Under the pieces are notes generated by a model that was not told the origin of the DNA, did no database searches, and saw nothing but the letters and a program-made list of their open reading frames with translations. DNA of 64,000 nt from Malacoraja senta (Eukaryota): positions 2,916,001 to 2,980,000 of the forward strand of contig CM075997.1 in the NCBI GenBank assembly GCA_038087875.1. Reading direction: 5' to 3'. The position numbers and the translations under genes are program-made. Each line of letters starts with the position of its first letter. Position 1 is the first letter of the stretch. Below are positions 1 through 13,778 of the stretch, one piece after another.

Positions 1-26
1 GTGTGTGTGTGTGTAATACTGTGTCA

Positions 27-62
<36 letters not shown>

Positions 63-108
63 CTGTGTCAGTCTGTGTGTGTGTGTGTGTGTGTGTAATA
101 CTGTGTCA

Positions 109-150
<42 letters not shown>

Positions 151-250
151 CTGTGTCAGTCTGTGTGTGTGTGTGTGTGTGTGCGTGTGTGTGTGTGTAA
201 TACTGTGTCAGTCTGTGTGTGTGTGTGTGTGTGTGTGTAATACTGTGTCA

Positions 251-292
<42 letters not shown>

Positions 293-300
293 CTGTGTCA

Positions 301-344
<44 letters not shown>

Positions 345-535
345 CTGTGTCAGTCTGTGTGTGTGTGTGCAATATTGTGTTGGTCTGTGTGTGTGTTTAC
401 AAGTGTGTCGGTCTGTGTGTGTCTACAACAGTGTGTCAGTCTGTGTGCGTGTGTGTGTAATACTGTGTCAGTCTGTGTGCGTGTGCAACAGTGTGTCTGT
501 GTGCAACGTGTGCAACAGTGTGTCAGTCTGTAGGT
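1..535. repeat. Compound (GT)n minisatellite with aatactgtgtcagtct spacer
   Basis: Direct observation. A related array with ctataccagtgtgtcagtct spacers occupies 1170-2010. Confidence 0.95.
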
Positions 536-1344
536 GTCTGCAATACTGTGACATAAGTTCATAAGTTTTAGGAGCAGAATTAGGCCATTCGGCCCATCAA
601 GTCTACTCTGCCATTCAATCATGGATGATCTATCTTTCCCTCTCAAACCCATTCTCCTGCCTTCTCCCCATAACCCCTGACATCGGTACTCATTAAGAAT
701 CTGTCAATCTCCCCCTAAAAAAATATCCATTGACTTAGTCTCCATATCCGTCTGTGGCAAAGAATTCCACAGATTCACCACCCTCTGACGAAATAAATTC
801 CTCCTCATCTCCTCACCTTCTTTCTAAAGGTGTCAATCTATGTGCATGTGTGCGACAGTGTGTCAGTTTGTACGTGTGTGTCTGCAACAGTGTGTTGTTT
901 ACTTTAGTTTATTGTCACGTGTAGCGAGGTACAGTGAAAAGCCGTTGTTGATAACCAGTTAGTGGAAGGATGATACATGATTACAATCGCGCTGCCCACA
1001 GTGTATGGATACATGATAAAGGGAATAACGTTTAGTGCAAGGTAAAGTCCCATTAAAGATAATCTGAGGGTCTCCAATGAGGTAGATGGGAGGTGAGGAC
1101 AGCTCTCTAGTTGTTAGTAGGATGTGAATTGTTGATAGACCATGTCTTGTGTGCGACTGCAACAATGTCAGTCTGTGTGTGTGTCTGCAATAGTGTGTCA
1201 GCCTGTGTGTGTGTGTGTGTGTGTGTCAATAAAAGTGTGTCAGTGTGTGTGTGACTAAAACAGTGTGTGTGTCTATAACAGCGTGTCAGTGTATGTGTGT
1301 GTCTGCAATAGTGTCAGCCTGTGTGTGTGTGTGGGTCTATAACA

Positions 1345-1401
<57 letters not shown>

Positions 1402-1656
1402 TATAACAGTGTGTCAGTCCGTGTGTGTGTGTGTGTCTATAACAGCGTGTCAGTGTATGTGTGTGTCTGCAATAGTGTCAGCCTGTGTGTGTGTGTGTGT
1501 CTATAACAACGTGTCAGTCTGTGTGTGTGTCTATAACAGTGTGTCAGTCCGTGTGTGTGTGTGTGTCTATACCAGTGTGTCAGTCTGTGTGTGTGTGTGT
1601 CTGTACCAACGTGTCAGTCTGTGTGTGTGTGTGTGTGTGTCTATACCAGTGTGTCA

Positions 1657-1725
<69 letters not shown>

Positions 1726-1848
1726 TATACCAGTGTGTCAGTCTGTGTGTGTGTGTGTCTATAACGTGTCAGTCTGTGTGTGTGTGTGTGTGTGTGTGTC
1801 TATACCAGTGTGTCAGTCTGTGTGTGTGTGTGTGTCTATAACGTGTCA

Positions 1849-1880
<32 letters not shown>

Positions 1881-2097
1881 CTATACCAGTGTGTCAGTCT
1901 GTGTGTGTGTGTGTGTGTGTGTCTATACCAGTGTGTCAGTCCGTGTGTGTGTGTGTGTGTCTATACCAGTGTGTGTGTGTGTGTGTGTATGTGTGTGTCT
2001 ATAACAGTGTGAATGTTTCTGACCATGACAGTATCAGTGTGTCAGTGTTTATATCGATACATCAATGTGCCATCACAGTGGGGGCAGCCACACCTAG

Positions 2098-2425
2098 GGG
2101 CACCACAGTGGCACAGCGGGTAGAGCTGCTGCCTCACAGCACCAGAGAAGCGGGTTCAATCCTGACCTCGGGTGCTGACAGTGTGGAGTTTGCACAATCT
2201 CCCTGTGACAGCGTGGGTTTCCTCCGGGCTCTCCGGTTTCCTCCCACATCCCAAAACACATGCGACTTTGTAGCTTAATCGGACCGCTGTAAATTGCCCC
2301 TAGTGTGTAGGGAGCGGATGAGAAAGTGGGATAACATACAACTAGTGTGAACGGGTGATTGATGGTCGGCATGGACTCGGTGGGCCGAAGGGCCTGTTTC
2401 CATGCTGTAACTTTCAATTAATCAA
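2098..2425 (+). mobile_element. tRNA-derived V-SINE (HE1-like)
   Basis: A/B-box head (tggcacagcgg...gggttcaatcc), V-domain gtgtggagtttgcac...gggtttcctccggg...ccggtttcctcccaca, and LINE-derived tail gggccgaagggcctgtttc. Confidence 0.88.
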
Positions 2426-3054
2426 TTGCAATGTGTTAGGCACAAAATGCTGGAGTAACTCAGCGGGACAGGTATCATCCCTGGATAGAAGGAATGGGTG
2501 ATGTTTCGGGTCGAGACCCTTCTTCAGAATGAAGAAGTCAGGGTTTCAACCCGAAACGTCATCTATTCCTTTTCCCCAGAGATGCTGCCTGACCCGCTGA
2601 GTTATTCCAGCATTTTGTGTCTATCTTCGGTGTAAACCAGCATCTGCAGTTTCTTCCTGCATAATGTGTTGGTGTAGGTCTGTATTATGGAGCGGACATA
2701 GAACAGTACAGCACAGGAACAGGCCCTTCTGCCCACATTGTCTTTGTCAAACATTATGCCAAGTTAAACTAATCTCCTCTGTCTTCATGTGATTCATTCC
2801 TTGCATATCATGTACATGTTAAAAGCCTTTTAAGTGGCACTATCGTATCTACCTCCACAACCACCACCCCTGAGAGCGTGTTTCAGGTACCCAAGACTGT
2901 GTAAAATCCAGCCCCGCACATCTCCTTTAAATTTGGCCCTCTCCACTTAAAGCTAAACCCTCTCGTCTTTGACAATTCCACCCTGGGGAAAAAAGATTCT
3001 GCCTGTCCACCCGATCCACGCCTTGCTTAATGTTATATACGTACTTCTAGCAGG

Positions 3055-3998
3055 TCAGTGTGTGTGTCAGTGTGTGTGTCAGTGTGTCAGTGTGTGTGTG
3101 TGTGTGTGTCAGTGTGTGTGTGTGTGTTAGTGAGTCAGTGTGTTAGTGAGTCAGTGTATTAGTGAGAGTGTGTGTGTGTGTCAATGTGTGTGTTAGTGAG
3201 TCAGTGTGCTAGTAAGTCAGTGTGTTAGTGAGTCAGTGTGTTAGTGAGTCAGTGTGTTAGTGAGTCAGTGTGTGTGTTAGTGAGTCAGTGTGTGTGTGTG
3301 TGTCAGTGTGTGTGTGTGAGTCAGTGTGTTTGTTAGTGAGTCAGTGTGTGTGTGTGTGAGTCAGTGTGTGTGTGTGAGTCAGTGTGTGTGTGTGAGTCAG
3401 TGTGTGTGTGTGTCAGTGTGTTTGTTAGTGAGTCAGTGTGTGTGTTAATGAGTCAGTGTGTGTGTGAGTCAGTGTGTGTGTGTGTGTGAGTCAGTGTGTG
3501 TGTGTGTGAGTCAGTGTGTTTGTTAGTGAGTCAGTGTGTTTGTTAATGAGTGTGTGTGTGTGTAAGTCAGTGTGTTTGTTAGTGTCAGTGTGTGTGTTAA
3601 TGAGTCAGTGTGTGTTAGTGTCAGTGTGTTAGTGAGTCAGTGTGTGCATCAGTGAGTCAGTGTGTGCATCAGTGAGTTAGTGTGTGCTTTAGTGAGTCAG
3701 TGTGTGTGTTAGTGAGTCAGTGTGTGTGTTAGTGAGTCAGTGTGTGTGTTAGTGAGTCAGTGAGTCAGTGTGTGTGTTAGTGAGTCAGTGTGTGTGTTAA
3801 TGAGTCAGTGTGTGTGTTAGTGAGTCAGTGTGTGTGTTAGTGAGTCAGTGTGTGTGTTAGTGAGTCAGTGTGTGTGTTAGTGAGTCAGTGTGTGTGTTAG
3901 TGAGTCAGTGTGTGTGTTAGTGAGTCAGTGTGTGTGTTAGTGAGTCAGTGTGTGTGTTAGTGAGTCAGTGTGTGTGTTAGTGAGTCAGTGTGTGTGTG
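3055..3998. repeat. GT-derived minisatellite, 20-bp unit tgtgtgttagtgagtcagtg
   Basis: Near-perfect 20-mers at 3771-3990, degenerate upstream. Confidence 0.95.
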
Positions 3999-6900
3999 TT
4001 TCAGTTCTGTCTTTATTTCAATGTGTCATGTGTGTAATATTTCTGTTAGTATGTCCTATCGACATGTCAGTGTGCATATTTGAAGGAAGGTTTTCAAACT
4101 CACTATCATATTAGTGTGTCATGGTTTGTGATGCTATGAGTGTGTTAGCACACACGTCCAGTACCGAGTGTCGGAGTGTGCACCCGTTTCAAATTACCAC
4201 AGTAGTGTCAGTGCACGGATTTCTATCAAAGTGTCACCACTAACGTCAAGGTGCCACAGTGTGTGTTTATGCCAGTGTGCCAGTTAGTGTGTATATCAAT
4301 GTGTTCTCTGTGTATTGTATAGCCAACCTGTAGCTATCCACAGTTACACTGTGTTGCTGTGAATGGTTACTTCAGTCAGTCGGTATGTATGTTGGCTACA
4401 GATTGCAGGAGAGAGTGTTTATTTCAATGTGCTAGTGTCCCTATCCATTTACTTCATCGCTTTACACCTTCACATCAGTGTCATTCTGTGTTCACTTTTA
4501 TACCGCCCCATCCCAGGGAAATACCTGAAATGTCTGAAGAAGGGTCTCAACCTTCTTCAGACTTCACTCATTCCTTTCCTCCAGAGATGCCGCCTGTCCC
4601 GCTGAGTTACTCCGGCATTTTTGTGCCTATCTTCGGAAATAAACCATGCTCTTTGGAAACAGTGTCATATGTGACCCTGGTTTGAGCTTCATATCACAAG
4701 TTTAAGAACACATATCACACAGTTTAAGAATAAGGAGTAAGCCATTTAGAACGGAGACGAGGAAACACTTTTTCTCGCAGAGAGTGGTGAGTCTGTGGAA
4801 TTTTCTGCCTCAGAGGGCGGTGGAGGCAGGTTCTCTGGATGCTTTCAAGAGAGAGCTAGATAGGGCTTTAAAAAAATAGTGGAGTCAGGGGATATGGGGA
4901 GAAGGCAGGAACGGGGTACTGATTGGGGATGATCAGCCATGATCACATTGAATGGCGGTGCTGGCTCGAAGGGCCGAATGGCCTACTCCTGCACCTATTG
5001 TCTATTGTCTATTGTCTATAAGCTCCCCACAGCATCACTGGGACCTGAGACTGAGTCCGAAGAAGGGTCTCAGCCTGAAACGTCACCCCTTCCTCCTCTC
5101 CAGAGATGCTGCCTGTCCCAGTTACTGACCTGAGTTACTCCAGCATTTTGTGTCTATCTTTGGTTTAAACCAGCATCTGCAGTTCCTTCCCACACATCAC
5201 TGGGACCACCTGGGTGTTGTACGATAGCTCTGCCCCCTGCCTTGGCTCAATGCACGTGGACACTCGCATCCCTCCTCTTCCCTCGTCCCCATACCTTGTG
5301 GATGCAAGCAAAGAATTTCACTGTGACTTCATTCATTCATTCATTCATTACCACCACTAGTTAGCCGACTAGCAGATGTTTGGGATGTTGAGGGAAACAG
5401 GAGCAGAATTCCACCTGGTCAACTGATACTATGCAAATCCTGCAAAGATAACACCCAAGGTCAGAATTGCACCTGGGTCCCCTTAACTACAGCAGCACTT
5501 GCCAAGAAGGATCTCGACCCGAAACGTCACCCATTCCTTCTCTCCAGAGATGCTGCCTGTCCCGCTGAGTTACTGCAGCATTTCGTGTCTATCTTTGGAG
5601 TAAACCAGCATCTGCAGCTCCTTCCTACCCTTATGAAGTGTTTCTTCGGTTGATATTTTGGTTTATTATTGTCACAATAGACAATAGACAATAGGTGCAG
5701 GAGTAGGCCATTCGGCCCTTCGGGCCAGCACCGCCATTCAATGTGATCGTGGCTGATCATCCCCAATCAGTACCTCGTTCCTGCCTTCTCCCCATATCCC
5801 CTGACTCCGCTATTTTTAAGAGCCCTATCTAGCTCTCTCTTGAAAGCATCTGGAGTACCGGCCTCCACCGCCCTCTGAGGCAGAGAATTCCACAGACTCA
5901 CCACTCCCTGTGAGAAAAAGTGTTTCCTCGTCTCCGTTCTAAATGGCTTACTCCTTATTCTTAAACTGTGGACCCTGGTTCTGGACTCCCCCAACATCCC
6001 CCAATGTGTACAAAGCTACTGTGAAAAGCTTTTGTTTTACGTGCTATCCAGTCAGATCAGATAATACCATACATAAATACAATCGCAAAGTCATAAGGTC
6101 ATTAGTGATAGGAGCAGAATTAGGCCTTTCGGCCCATCTAGTCTACTCCGCCATTCAATAATGGCTGTGTAAGAAAGAACTGCAGATGCTGGATTCAATC
6201 GAAGTTAGACACGAAATGCTGAAGTAGCTCAGCACGTGAAGCAGCATCTCTGGAGAGAAGGAATGGGCGATGTTTCGGGTCAAGACCGTTCTTCAATCAT
6301 GGCTGATCTATCCCTCCCTCCTAACCCCATTCTTCTGCATTCTCCCCATAACGTCTGACAACGGTACTAATCAAAAATCTCTCTATCTCTGCCTTAAAAA
6401 TATCAATTGACTTGGCCTCCACAGCCTTCTGTGGCAAAGTCACCATCCTCTGACTAAAGACATTCCTCCTCATCTCCTTCCTAAAAGAACATCCTTCAAT
6501 TCTGAGGCTATGACCTCTAGTCCTAGACTCTCCCACTAGCGGAAACACCCTCTCCACATCCAGGAATAATAGCTGAATAATTATCCTCTTCTACCCTGCA
6601 TATTAATATAATTGTGTTATATCGGGGATGATTTGGTGAATGTATGATGATCGTTTGACAGCACTGGGCCTCTACTCGCTAGAGTTTAGTAGGATGAAGG
6701 AGAATCACATTGAAACTTACGGAATAATGAAATGCATGGCCAGAGTGGATGTGGAGAGGATGTTTCCACTAGGACCAGATGGCACAGCCTCAGAACTGTG
6801 GAGGCCAAATCATTGGGTATTTATAAATGGAGTTTGATAGATTCTTGATTTGTATGGGTGTCAAAGGTTACGGGTAGAAGGCAGGAGAATGGGATTGAGA

Positions 6901-8383
6901 GGAAAAGATGGATCAGCCATGATTGAATGGCGGCGTAGACTTGATGGTTTGAACGGCCAAATTCTGCTCCTGTGTCTTATAAACGTACGAATATCTGAGT
7001 GATATAAATATCCAAATATCATCGTCTGAAGAAGGGTCTCGACCCAAAACGTCACCTATTCCTTCGCTCCATGGATGCTGCCTCACCTGCTGAGTTTCCC
7101 CAGCATTTTTGTCTACCTCCGAATATCGTTAGATTAGTTGTCTTAATTCAGCAGATCATTGTGTATGTGTGTGGTGCCGAAACTGTTCATGTTACTGAGA
7201 TATGTGGCAGCTGTAGATCTGCGTGACATTTGTCTTACAATAGGTAGCTAATATCAGAACGCCAGTGTATTTACAATGGTGCTATAAAGCTATATCAGTG
7301 CCTTGCTACGTTTGGTGTGTTACTACTGAAGTGTGTCATTCATATTGAGTCATTGTTTATTTATCAGTGTCCCTTCCTGTGCCTCCCAACCATATCAGTG
7401 TATTATATTGGTGTGGTTGATGTACTGTGTTAGAGTGCTTGTTTTACACATGCCATGTTCATGTTAGTGTGGTGAACTCTCTGTGTTTTGAAATCAGTGC
7501 ATTATTCTGCCCCCTTGCATCATTGCAGCAGTGTGGATGGTTAGATCAGTGTCCGAAGAAGGGTCTCGACCTGAAACGTCATCCATTCATAAGGTCATAA
7601 GTGAAAGGAGTAGAATTAGGCCATTCGGCCCATCAAGTCTACTCCACCATTCAATCACAGCTAATCTACCTCTCCCGCCTACCCCCGTTCTCCTACCTTC
7701 TCCCCATTCCTTCTCTCCAGAGATGCTGCCTGTCCCGCTGAGTTACTTTACAGTGGAGCAGACGAAATGTGCAGGAAGGAACTGCAGATGCTGGTTCAAG
7801 CCAAAGATAGACGGAGAAAGCCGGAGAAACTCAGCGGGACAGGCAGCATCCCTGGCGAGAAGGAAAGGGTGACGTTTCGGGTCAACACTCTTCTTCAGAT
7901 TAGTTTGGGGAAAGGTAAACGAGAGATATAGACGATGATATGGCAGCGGGAAAGGATGTTGCGGAATCTTGTCGGAGAGAGGAGGAGAACTTCTTCAAAG
8001 TAGACGCTAGTGGCAGTGTTCCCGATGTTGGGGGAGTCCAGAACCAGGGGCCACCGTTTAAGAATAAGGGGTAAGCCATTTAGAACAGAGACGAGGAAAC
8101 ACTTTTTCTCACAGAGAGTTGTGAGTCTGTGGAATTCTCTGCCTCAGAGGGTGGTGGAGGCCGGTTCTCTGGATACTTTCAAGAGAGAGCTAGATAGGGC
8201 TCTTAAAGATAGTGGAGTCAGGGGATATGGGGATAAGGCAGGAACAGGGTACTGATTGGGGATGATCAGCCATGATCACATTGAATGGCGGTGCTGGCTC
8301 GAAGGGCCGAATGGCCTACTCCTGCACCTATTGTCTATTGTCTATAGACATGCTGAGTTACTCCAGCTTTTTGTGTCTATCTT

Positions 8384-9069
8384 GCAGATTGTTACACGTC
8401 GGCTCCAGGCCATGCGCACAGGACCAGTGCCACAAAGGTCCAGATTGTGCCTTGGCAGTTGTGCCCTGGGACTGGCGGCGTTGTCGAACTCAGCAGACAG
8501 TAACTGCAGGGTCAGCTGTGCGGGGAGAGTTCATGAATGAACTCCGAGCCCTGCAGGCAAGGGACAGAGTGCCAGGCAGCACATGGGCGAGGAGACGTGC
8601 CAGGCAGGCTTTGCCAGCGTCAGTTCCATGGCGATACAGCCGCTCCATTCATTCCAAAAGAGCAGCAGTCAGAGCGATAGCGTGAAGTTTGTAGTCTTTC
8701 CGCTGACTGGGTAGCACGCAACAAATAAACCTTTCACTGTACTGAACTAAGCTAAACTAAACTAATCTAAACTAAACTGAAGGTGGACACAAAATGCTGG
8801 AGTCACTCAGCGGGACAGGCAGCATCTCTGGAGAGAAGGAATGGGTGACGTTTCAGTCTGAAGAAGGGTCTCGAACCGAAACATCACCCATTCCTTCCAG
8901 AGATGCCGCCTGTCCCACTGAGTTACTCCAGCATTTTGTGTCTACCTTCGATTTAAACCAGCATCTGCAGTTCTTTCTTAAGGGCCTGTCCCACTTTGTT
9001 GAGTTATTCACAATTCTCCCGGGTTTTCAAACTCGCAGAATGGTTCGTAACGAGTCCGTAGGAGGCCGT
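8384..9069 (+). repeat. Copy 1 of an inverted segmental duplication (partner 18481-19161)
   Basis: Reverse complement of 18481-19161 with scattered substitutions. The ORF track shows matching peptides (8272+/18860- and 8794+/18376-). Confidence 0.93.
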
Positions 9070-9742
9070 AGGAGTAAACTAAACTGAAGGTAGACACAAA
9101 ATGCTGGAGTCACTCAGCAGGACAGGCAACATCTCTGGAGAGAAGGAATGGGTGACGTTTCGGGAAAAGATTTAATAGGAATCTGAGGGGTAACTTTTTC
9201 ACACAAAGGGTGGTGGGTGCCTGGAGCAAGCTGCAGGAGGAGGTAGTTAAGGCAGGGACTATCCCAACGTTAAGAAACAGTTAGACAGGTGCATGGATAG
9301 GACAGGTTTGGAAGGATATGGACCAAACGCGGGCAGGTGGGACTAGTGTAGCTGGGACATTGTTGGACAGTGTGGGCTTGTTGGGCCGAAGAGCCTGTTT
9401 CCACACTGTATCACTCTCTGACTGTGTGTTGTCCCCCTTGTACTTGGAATTAACGAATACTCCCTTATCTGAGCCTCTTTGACCAAGAATGCTGAGCAAC
9501 CAGCCCTGCCCATCCTCATACCAGATTTCAGCAGCTGCTACAAGATTCCACTCCCTGGTGTCAGGCCCGTGATTCATCATCACCTTTATTTCCTAGACTC
9601 CTTGCATTAACACACAACAAACATTTTAATCTTTAATCTCCCTGCCAAACTCAATCCACCACATTCCAGCGTCACTTACTCCAGCCCTCCCCTGCCCCCC
9701 CCCCCTTCCCGCCTTCTCAAACCATCAAACTTTACTCTATGC

Positions 9743-10070
9743 GCGGCACGGTGGCGCAGCGGTAGAGTTGCTGCCTCACAGCGCCACCGACCCGGGTTGG
9801 ATCCTGACTACACGGGTGCTGTCTGCATGGAGTTTGCACATTCGCCCCGTGACCTGCATGGGTTTCCTCCCAGATCTTCAGTTTCCTCCCACACTCCAAA
9901 GACGTACAGGTTTGTAGGTCAATTGGCTTGGTGTAAATGTACATTGTCCCAACTGTGTGTAGGATAGTGTTAGTGTGCGGGGATCACTGGTTGGTGCAGA
10001 CTCGATGGGCCGAAGGGCCTGTTTCCTGCTGTATCTCTTAACTAAACTAAACTAAACTAAACTAAACTAA
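9743..10070 (+). mobile_element. V-SINE (HE1-like) with (ctaaa)n tail
   Basis: Same three-part structure. Further copies near 10490-10775(-), 21205-21520(-), 21660-21900(+), 32530-32850(+), 38275-38530(+), 45790-46085(-), 50050-50325(-), 55060-55365(+) and 59648-59905(+). Confidence 0.88.
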
Positions 10071-10117
10071 ATGGCATTTACAAGGCGCTTGGTGAAGGAC
10101 ATGGATAGGACATGGAC

Positions 10118-10317
10118 NNNNNNNNNNNNNNNNNNNNNNNNNNNNNNNNNNNNNNNNNNNNNNNNNNNNNNNNNNNNNNNNNNNNNNNNNNNNNNNNNNN
10201 NNNNNNNNNNNNNNNNNNNNNNNNNNNNNNNNNNNNNNNNNNNNNNNNNNNNNNNNNNNNNNNNNNNNNNNNNNNNNNNNNNNNNNNNNNNNNNNNNNNN
10301 NNNNNNNNNNNNNNNNN
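10118..10317. other. Assembly gap (200 N)
   Basis: Run of N. Confidence 1.
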
Positions 10318-11659
10318 CCCATTCTGTCACTGCCTGCTCTCAGTGCAATCCCTTCACCCCCCCCAGTTATTATATTTTATTATTTTGCATTTTCCCATCA
10401 TCTCCTCCCATTTTTCCTGTACACACTTGAGGTGTGTTACCTTTAAACATGAAGTGGCCAATTAACCAACCAGCGTGTCTTTGGGATTAGTTTAATTTGG
10501 AGATACAGGTTCGAAACAGGCCCTTCGGCCCACCGAGTCTGCACCGACCATCGATCCCCATTACACTAGCACACACTACACACTCGGGACAATTTACAAT
10601 TTTTACTGAAGCCAATTAACCTTCAGACCTGTACGCCTTTGGAGTGTGGGAGGAAACCGGAACACCCAAAGGAAACCCACGCGGTCACAGGGAAAACTTG
10701 CAAACTCCGCTCAGATAGTGTCGGAAGTCAGGATCGAACCGGGATTTCTGGTGCTGTGGGGCAGCAGCTGTGCGACTGCATCGATGTAAAGAATCACTTT
10801 ACATTGATTGTGTTCATGTCACCATGGGAGAGATAGATCAGCCATGATTGAATGGCGGAGTAGACTTGATGGTCCGAATGGCCTAATTTTGTTCCCATCA
10901 CTTATGATCTTATGATTCACTTTCATCAGCTGTGTTGGAGTTAGTCTCATCAGTCGAAAGAAAGAACTGCAGATGCTGGTTTACACTGAAGATGGACACA
11001 CATTGCTGGAGTAACACAGCGGGTCAGGCAGCATCTCTGGAGAAACAGGAAGTGGAGCTGGAGTCCAAGAAAAAGACCAAGATCGGATCACACCTTCCCC
11101 AGCCACCAATGGACCGAGATGTCTCCTATCCCTTCTCTCCAGAGACGCTGCCTGAGCCTCTGATTTACTCCAGCATTTTGTGAAACCAGCATCTGCAGTT
11201 CCTTCCGATACAATGGACCTACCAGGCAGCGCCCTGCCTGAGGTCATTTGTGGCCGGCCCTGATTGTACCTGACCTTTTCTCACCTCCAGCTTTTCACCC
11301 CCCCCCCCCGCTTACCCCACTCCACCCACCCCCTACTTTCAGTCTGAAGAAGGGTCTCAGCCCGAAACGTCACCCATCCTTTTGCTCCAGAGACGCTGCC
11401 CGGCCAGTTGAGTCTCTGTCTCTTTCTGTAGCTATTTGTATCACATACTGTAACACATTGTGAGTGTGGGTGGCAGGCTCATTCCTAAGTGCATGTCGAT
11501 GAGTAACAGTGTGTGTTCAGGTCATGGTTGGAAATTTTGTGGTGCTTATTTTTAGGATTAGGCACTGACGTGTACACACCACATACCGAAAGGTGTAGAC
11601 TACCTTTTTCTAACTTGTTCCGTGCGTGTGTGTGTGTTGTCTGTGTGTGTTAATATAAT

Positions 11660-12107
11660 GTGTAGGAAAGAACTGCAGATGCTGGTTTAAATCGAAGATT
11701 GGCAGAAAATGCTGGATAGACGATAGACAAAAAAACTCAGCGGGTCAGGCAGCATCTCTGGAGAGAAGGAATGGGTGACATTTCGGGTCGAGACCCTTCT
11801 TCAGACTGATGTCAGGGGAGTGGGTGGTACAGAGATAGAATGTAGCCGGAGACAGTAAGACTGGTGGAGAACTGGGAAGGGGGAGGGGATGGAGAGAGAG
11901 GGAAAGCAAGGGCTATCTGAAGTTAGAGAAGTCAATGTTCATACCGCTGGGGTGTAAGCTGCCCGAGTGAAATATGAGGTGCTGTTCCTCCAATTTGCGC
12001 TGGGCCTCACTCTGACAATGGAGGAGGCCCAGGACAGAAAGGTCAATGTGGGAATAGGAGGGGGAGTTAAACTGTTGAGCAACCAGGAGATCAGATGGGT
12101 TTAGGCG
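11660..12107 (-). mobile_element. Penelope-like element 3' fragment
   Basis: LEEQHLIFHSGSLHPSGMNIDFSNF-type C-terminus plus the same tail family. Confidence 0.8.
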
Positions 12108-12634
12108 ATAATATAATTATTAATCTGACAATGTGCGTGTTGATGCTATTACTTGTGATGTGGCAACATGAATGTCTGCTCAATTGATGACTATTATTCT
12201 ATTGCTAATAAAATCGCACTAATATTCATATTCTTGTGCTGGTAACATTACAATTAGACTGTCAATTAGTCTGCTAATATTCTTATTAGTTTGACTAATA
12301 GTTTTGTTTACTGTCACGTGTACCGAGGTACAGTGAAATGCTTTTTGTTGTGAGCTAACCAGTCAGTGGAAAGACAATACATGAGTACTATCGAACCGTC
12401 CACAGTGTACAGATACAGGATAATAGTATTAGCATGTACAAGTAAATAGATTAGCATACATGCATTGTCACAGTAATTGTAAATGGCAACTCACAGAGTA
12501 ACAAACTAACTTGCTTATATTATTAGATGTTAATATTATTACCAGCACTTTATTTTGCGTGTTAATAATGTTGCTATTAACACACCATGATATTTGTGAC
12601 AATGCCATCTCATTAATATTCGCTGCTTATCTGT

Positions 12635-13778
12635 GGCTGTGTGTGTGTGTGTGTGTGTGTGTCTGTGTATGTGTGTGTGTCTGTGTATGTGTGTGTGTCT
12701 GTGTATGTGTGTCTGTGTGTGTGTGTGTGTGTGTGTGTCTGCGTGTGTGTTGTCTGTGTGTGTCTGCGTGTGTGTTGTCTGTGTGTGTGTGTTGTCTGTG
12801 TGTGTGTGTTGTGTGTGTGTCTGTGTGTGTGTGTGTGCCTCTGTGTGTGTATGTGTGTTGTCTGTATGTTGTCTGTGTGTGTGTGTGTTGTGTGTGTGTC
12901 TGTGTGTGTGCCTCTGTGTGTGTATGTGTGTTGTCTGTGTGTGTGTGTGTGTATGTGTGTTGTCTGTGTGTGTCTGTGTGTGTGTGTCTGCGTGTGTGTC
13001 TGTCTGTGTGTGTGTCTGTGTGTTGTCTATGTGTGTGCCTTTGTGTGTATGTGTGTGTCTGTGTGTGTGGTGTATGTGTGTTGTCTGTATGTTGTCTGTG
13101 GGTGTGTCTGTGTATGTGTGTTGTCTGTGTGTGTGGTGTATGTGTGTTGTCTGTGTGTGTTATCTGACTGTGTGTGTGTTGTCTGTGTATGTGTGTTGTC
13201 TGTGTGTATCTGCGTGTGTGTTGTTTGTCTGTGTCTGTCTGTGTTGTCTGTGTGTGTTGTCTGTGTGTGTGTCTGTGCGTTGTCTGTGTGTGTGTCTGTC
13301 TGTCTGTGTGTGTTGTGTGTGTGTGTTGTGTGTGTGTCTGAGTGTGTGTCTTTGTGTGTATGTGTGTTGTCTGTTAGTGAGTCACTTATCAGATTAGTTA
13401 GTGAGTCACTCTGTCTTTGAGGCATGTGTTACTGTGTATGTATGCACCAATGTCATTACTATTTATGTTTTCAATATTATTATATTGATGTTAATATTAT
13501 TAAAGATAGTTTGTTAATCTGTGAGTGCCATTTACAATTACTGTGTGTGTGCATGCGGAATGAGTGCGCACGTGTGTGTGCGCGCATGTGCACGTATATG
13601 TGGGTGTGTGTATGTTTGCATTTGTGTGTGTGTGAGCGCATGTGCGTGCTTGTGTGTGTGTACGTGTGCATGTTTGCATCTGTATGCTCGCGCATGTGTG
13701 TGCACGCGTGTGTCTGTGCGTGCGTGTATTTGTGTGTGCGTGTCTGTGTGCGTGTGCATGTGTGTGTGTGTGCGTGTG
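12635..13778. repeat. Degenerate (GT)n and alternating purine-pyrimidine tracts
   Basis: Direct observation. Similar tracts at 14785-15325, 20027-20362, 37218-37832 and 60353-61506. Confidence 0.95.

Noticed and set aside
2098..2175. tRNA genes at SINE heads
   Set aside because: The A/B boxes run straight into the V-domain and LINE tail; these are tRNA-derived SINEs.
167..2278. Cys/Val- or His/Thr-rich ORFs (also at 12.5-15.4, 20.0, 37.2 and 60.3-62.0 kb)
   Set aside because: Translations of (GT)n microsatellites.
8272..8685. 137-aa ORF (and its inverted twin at 18860-19156) as a gene
   Set aside because: It begins in a CR1 tail, has no recognisable domain, and the twin is explained by the DNA duplication.
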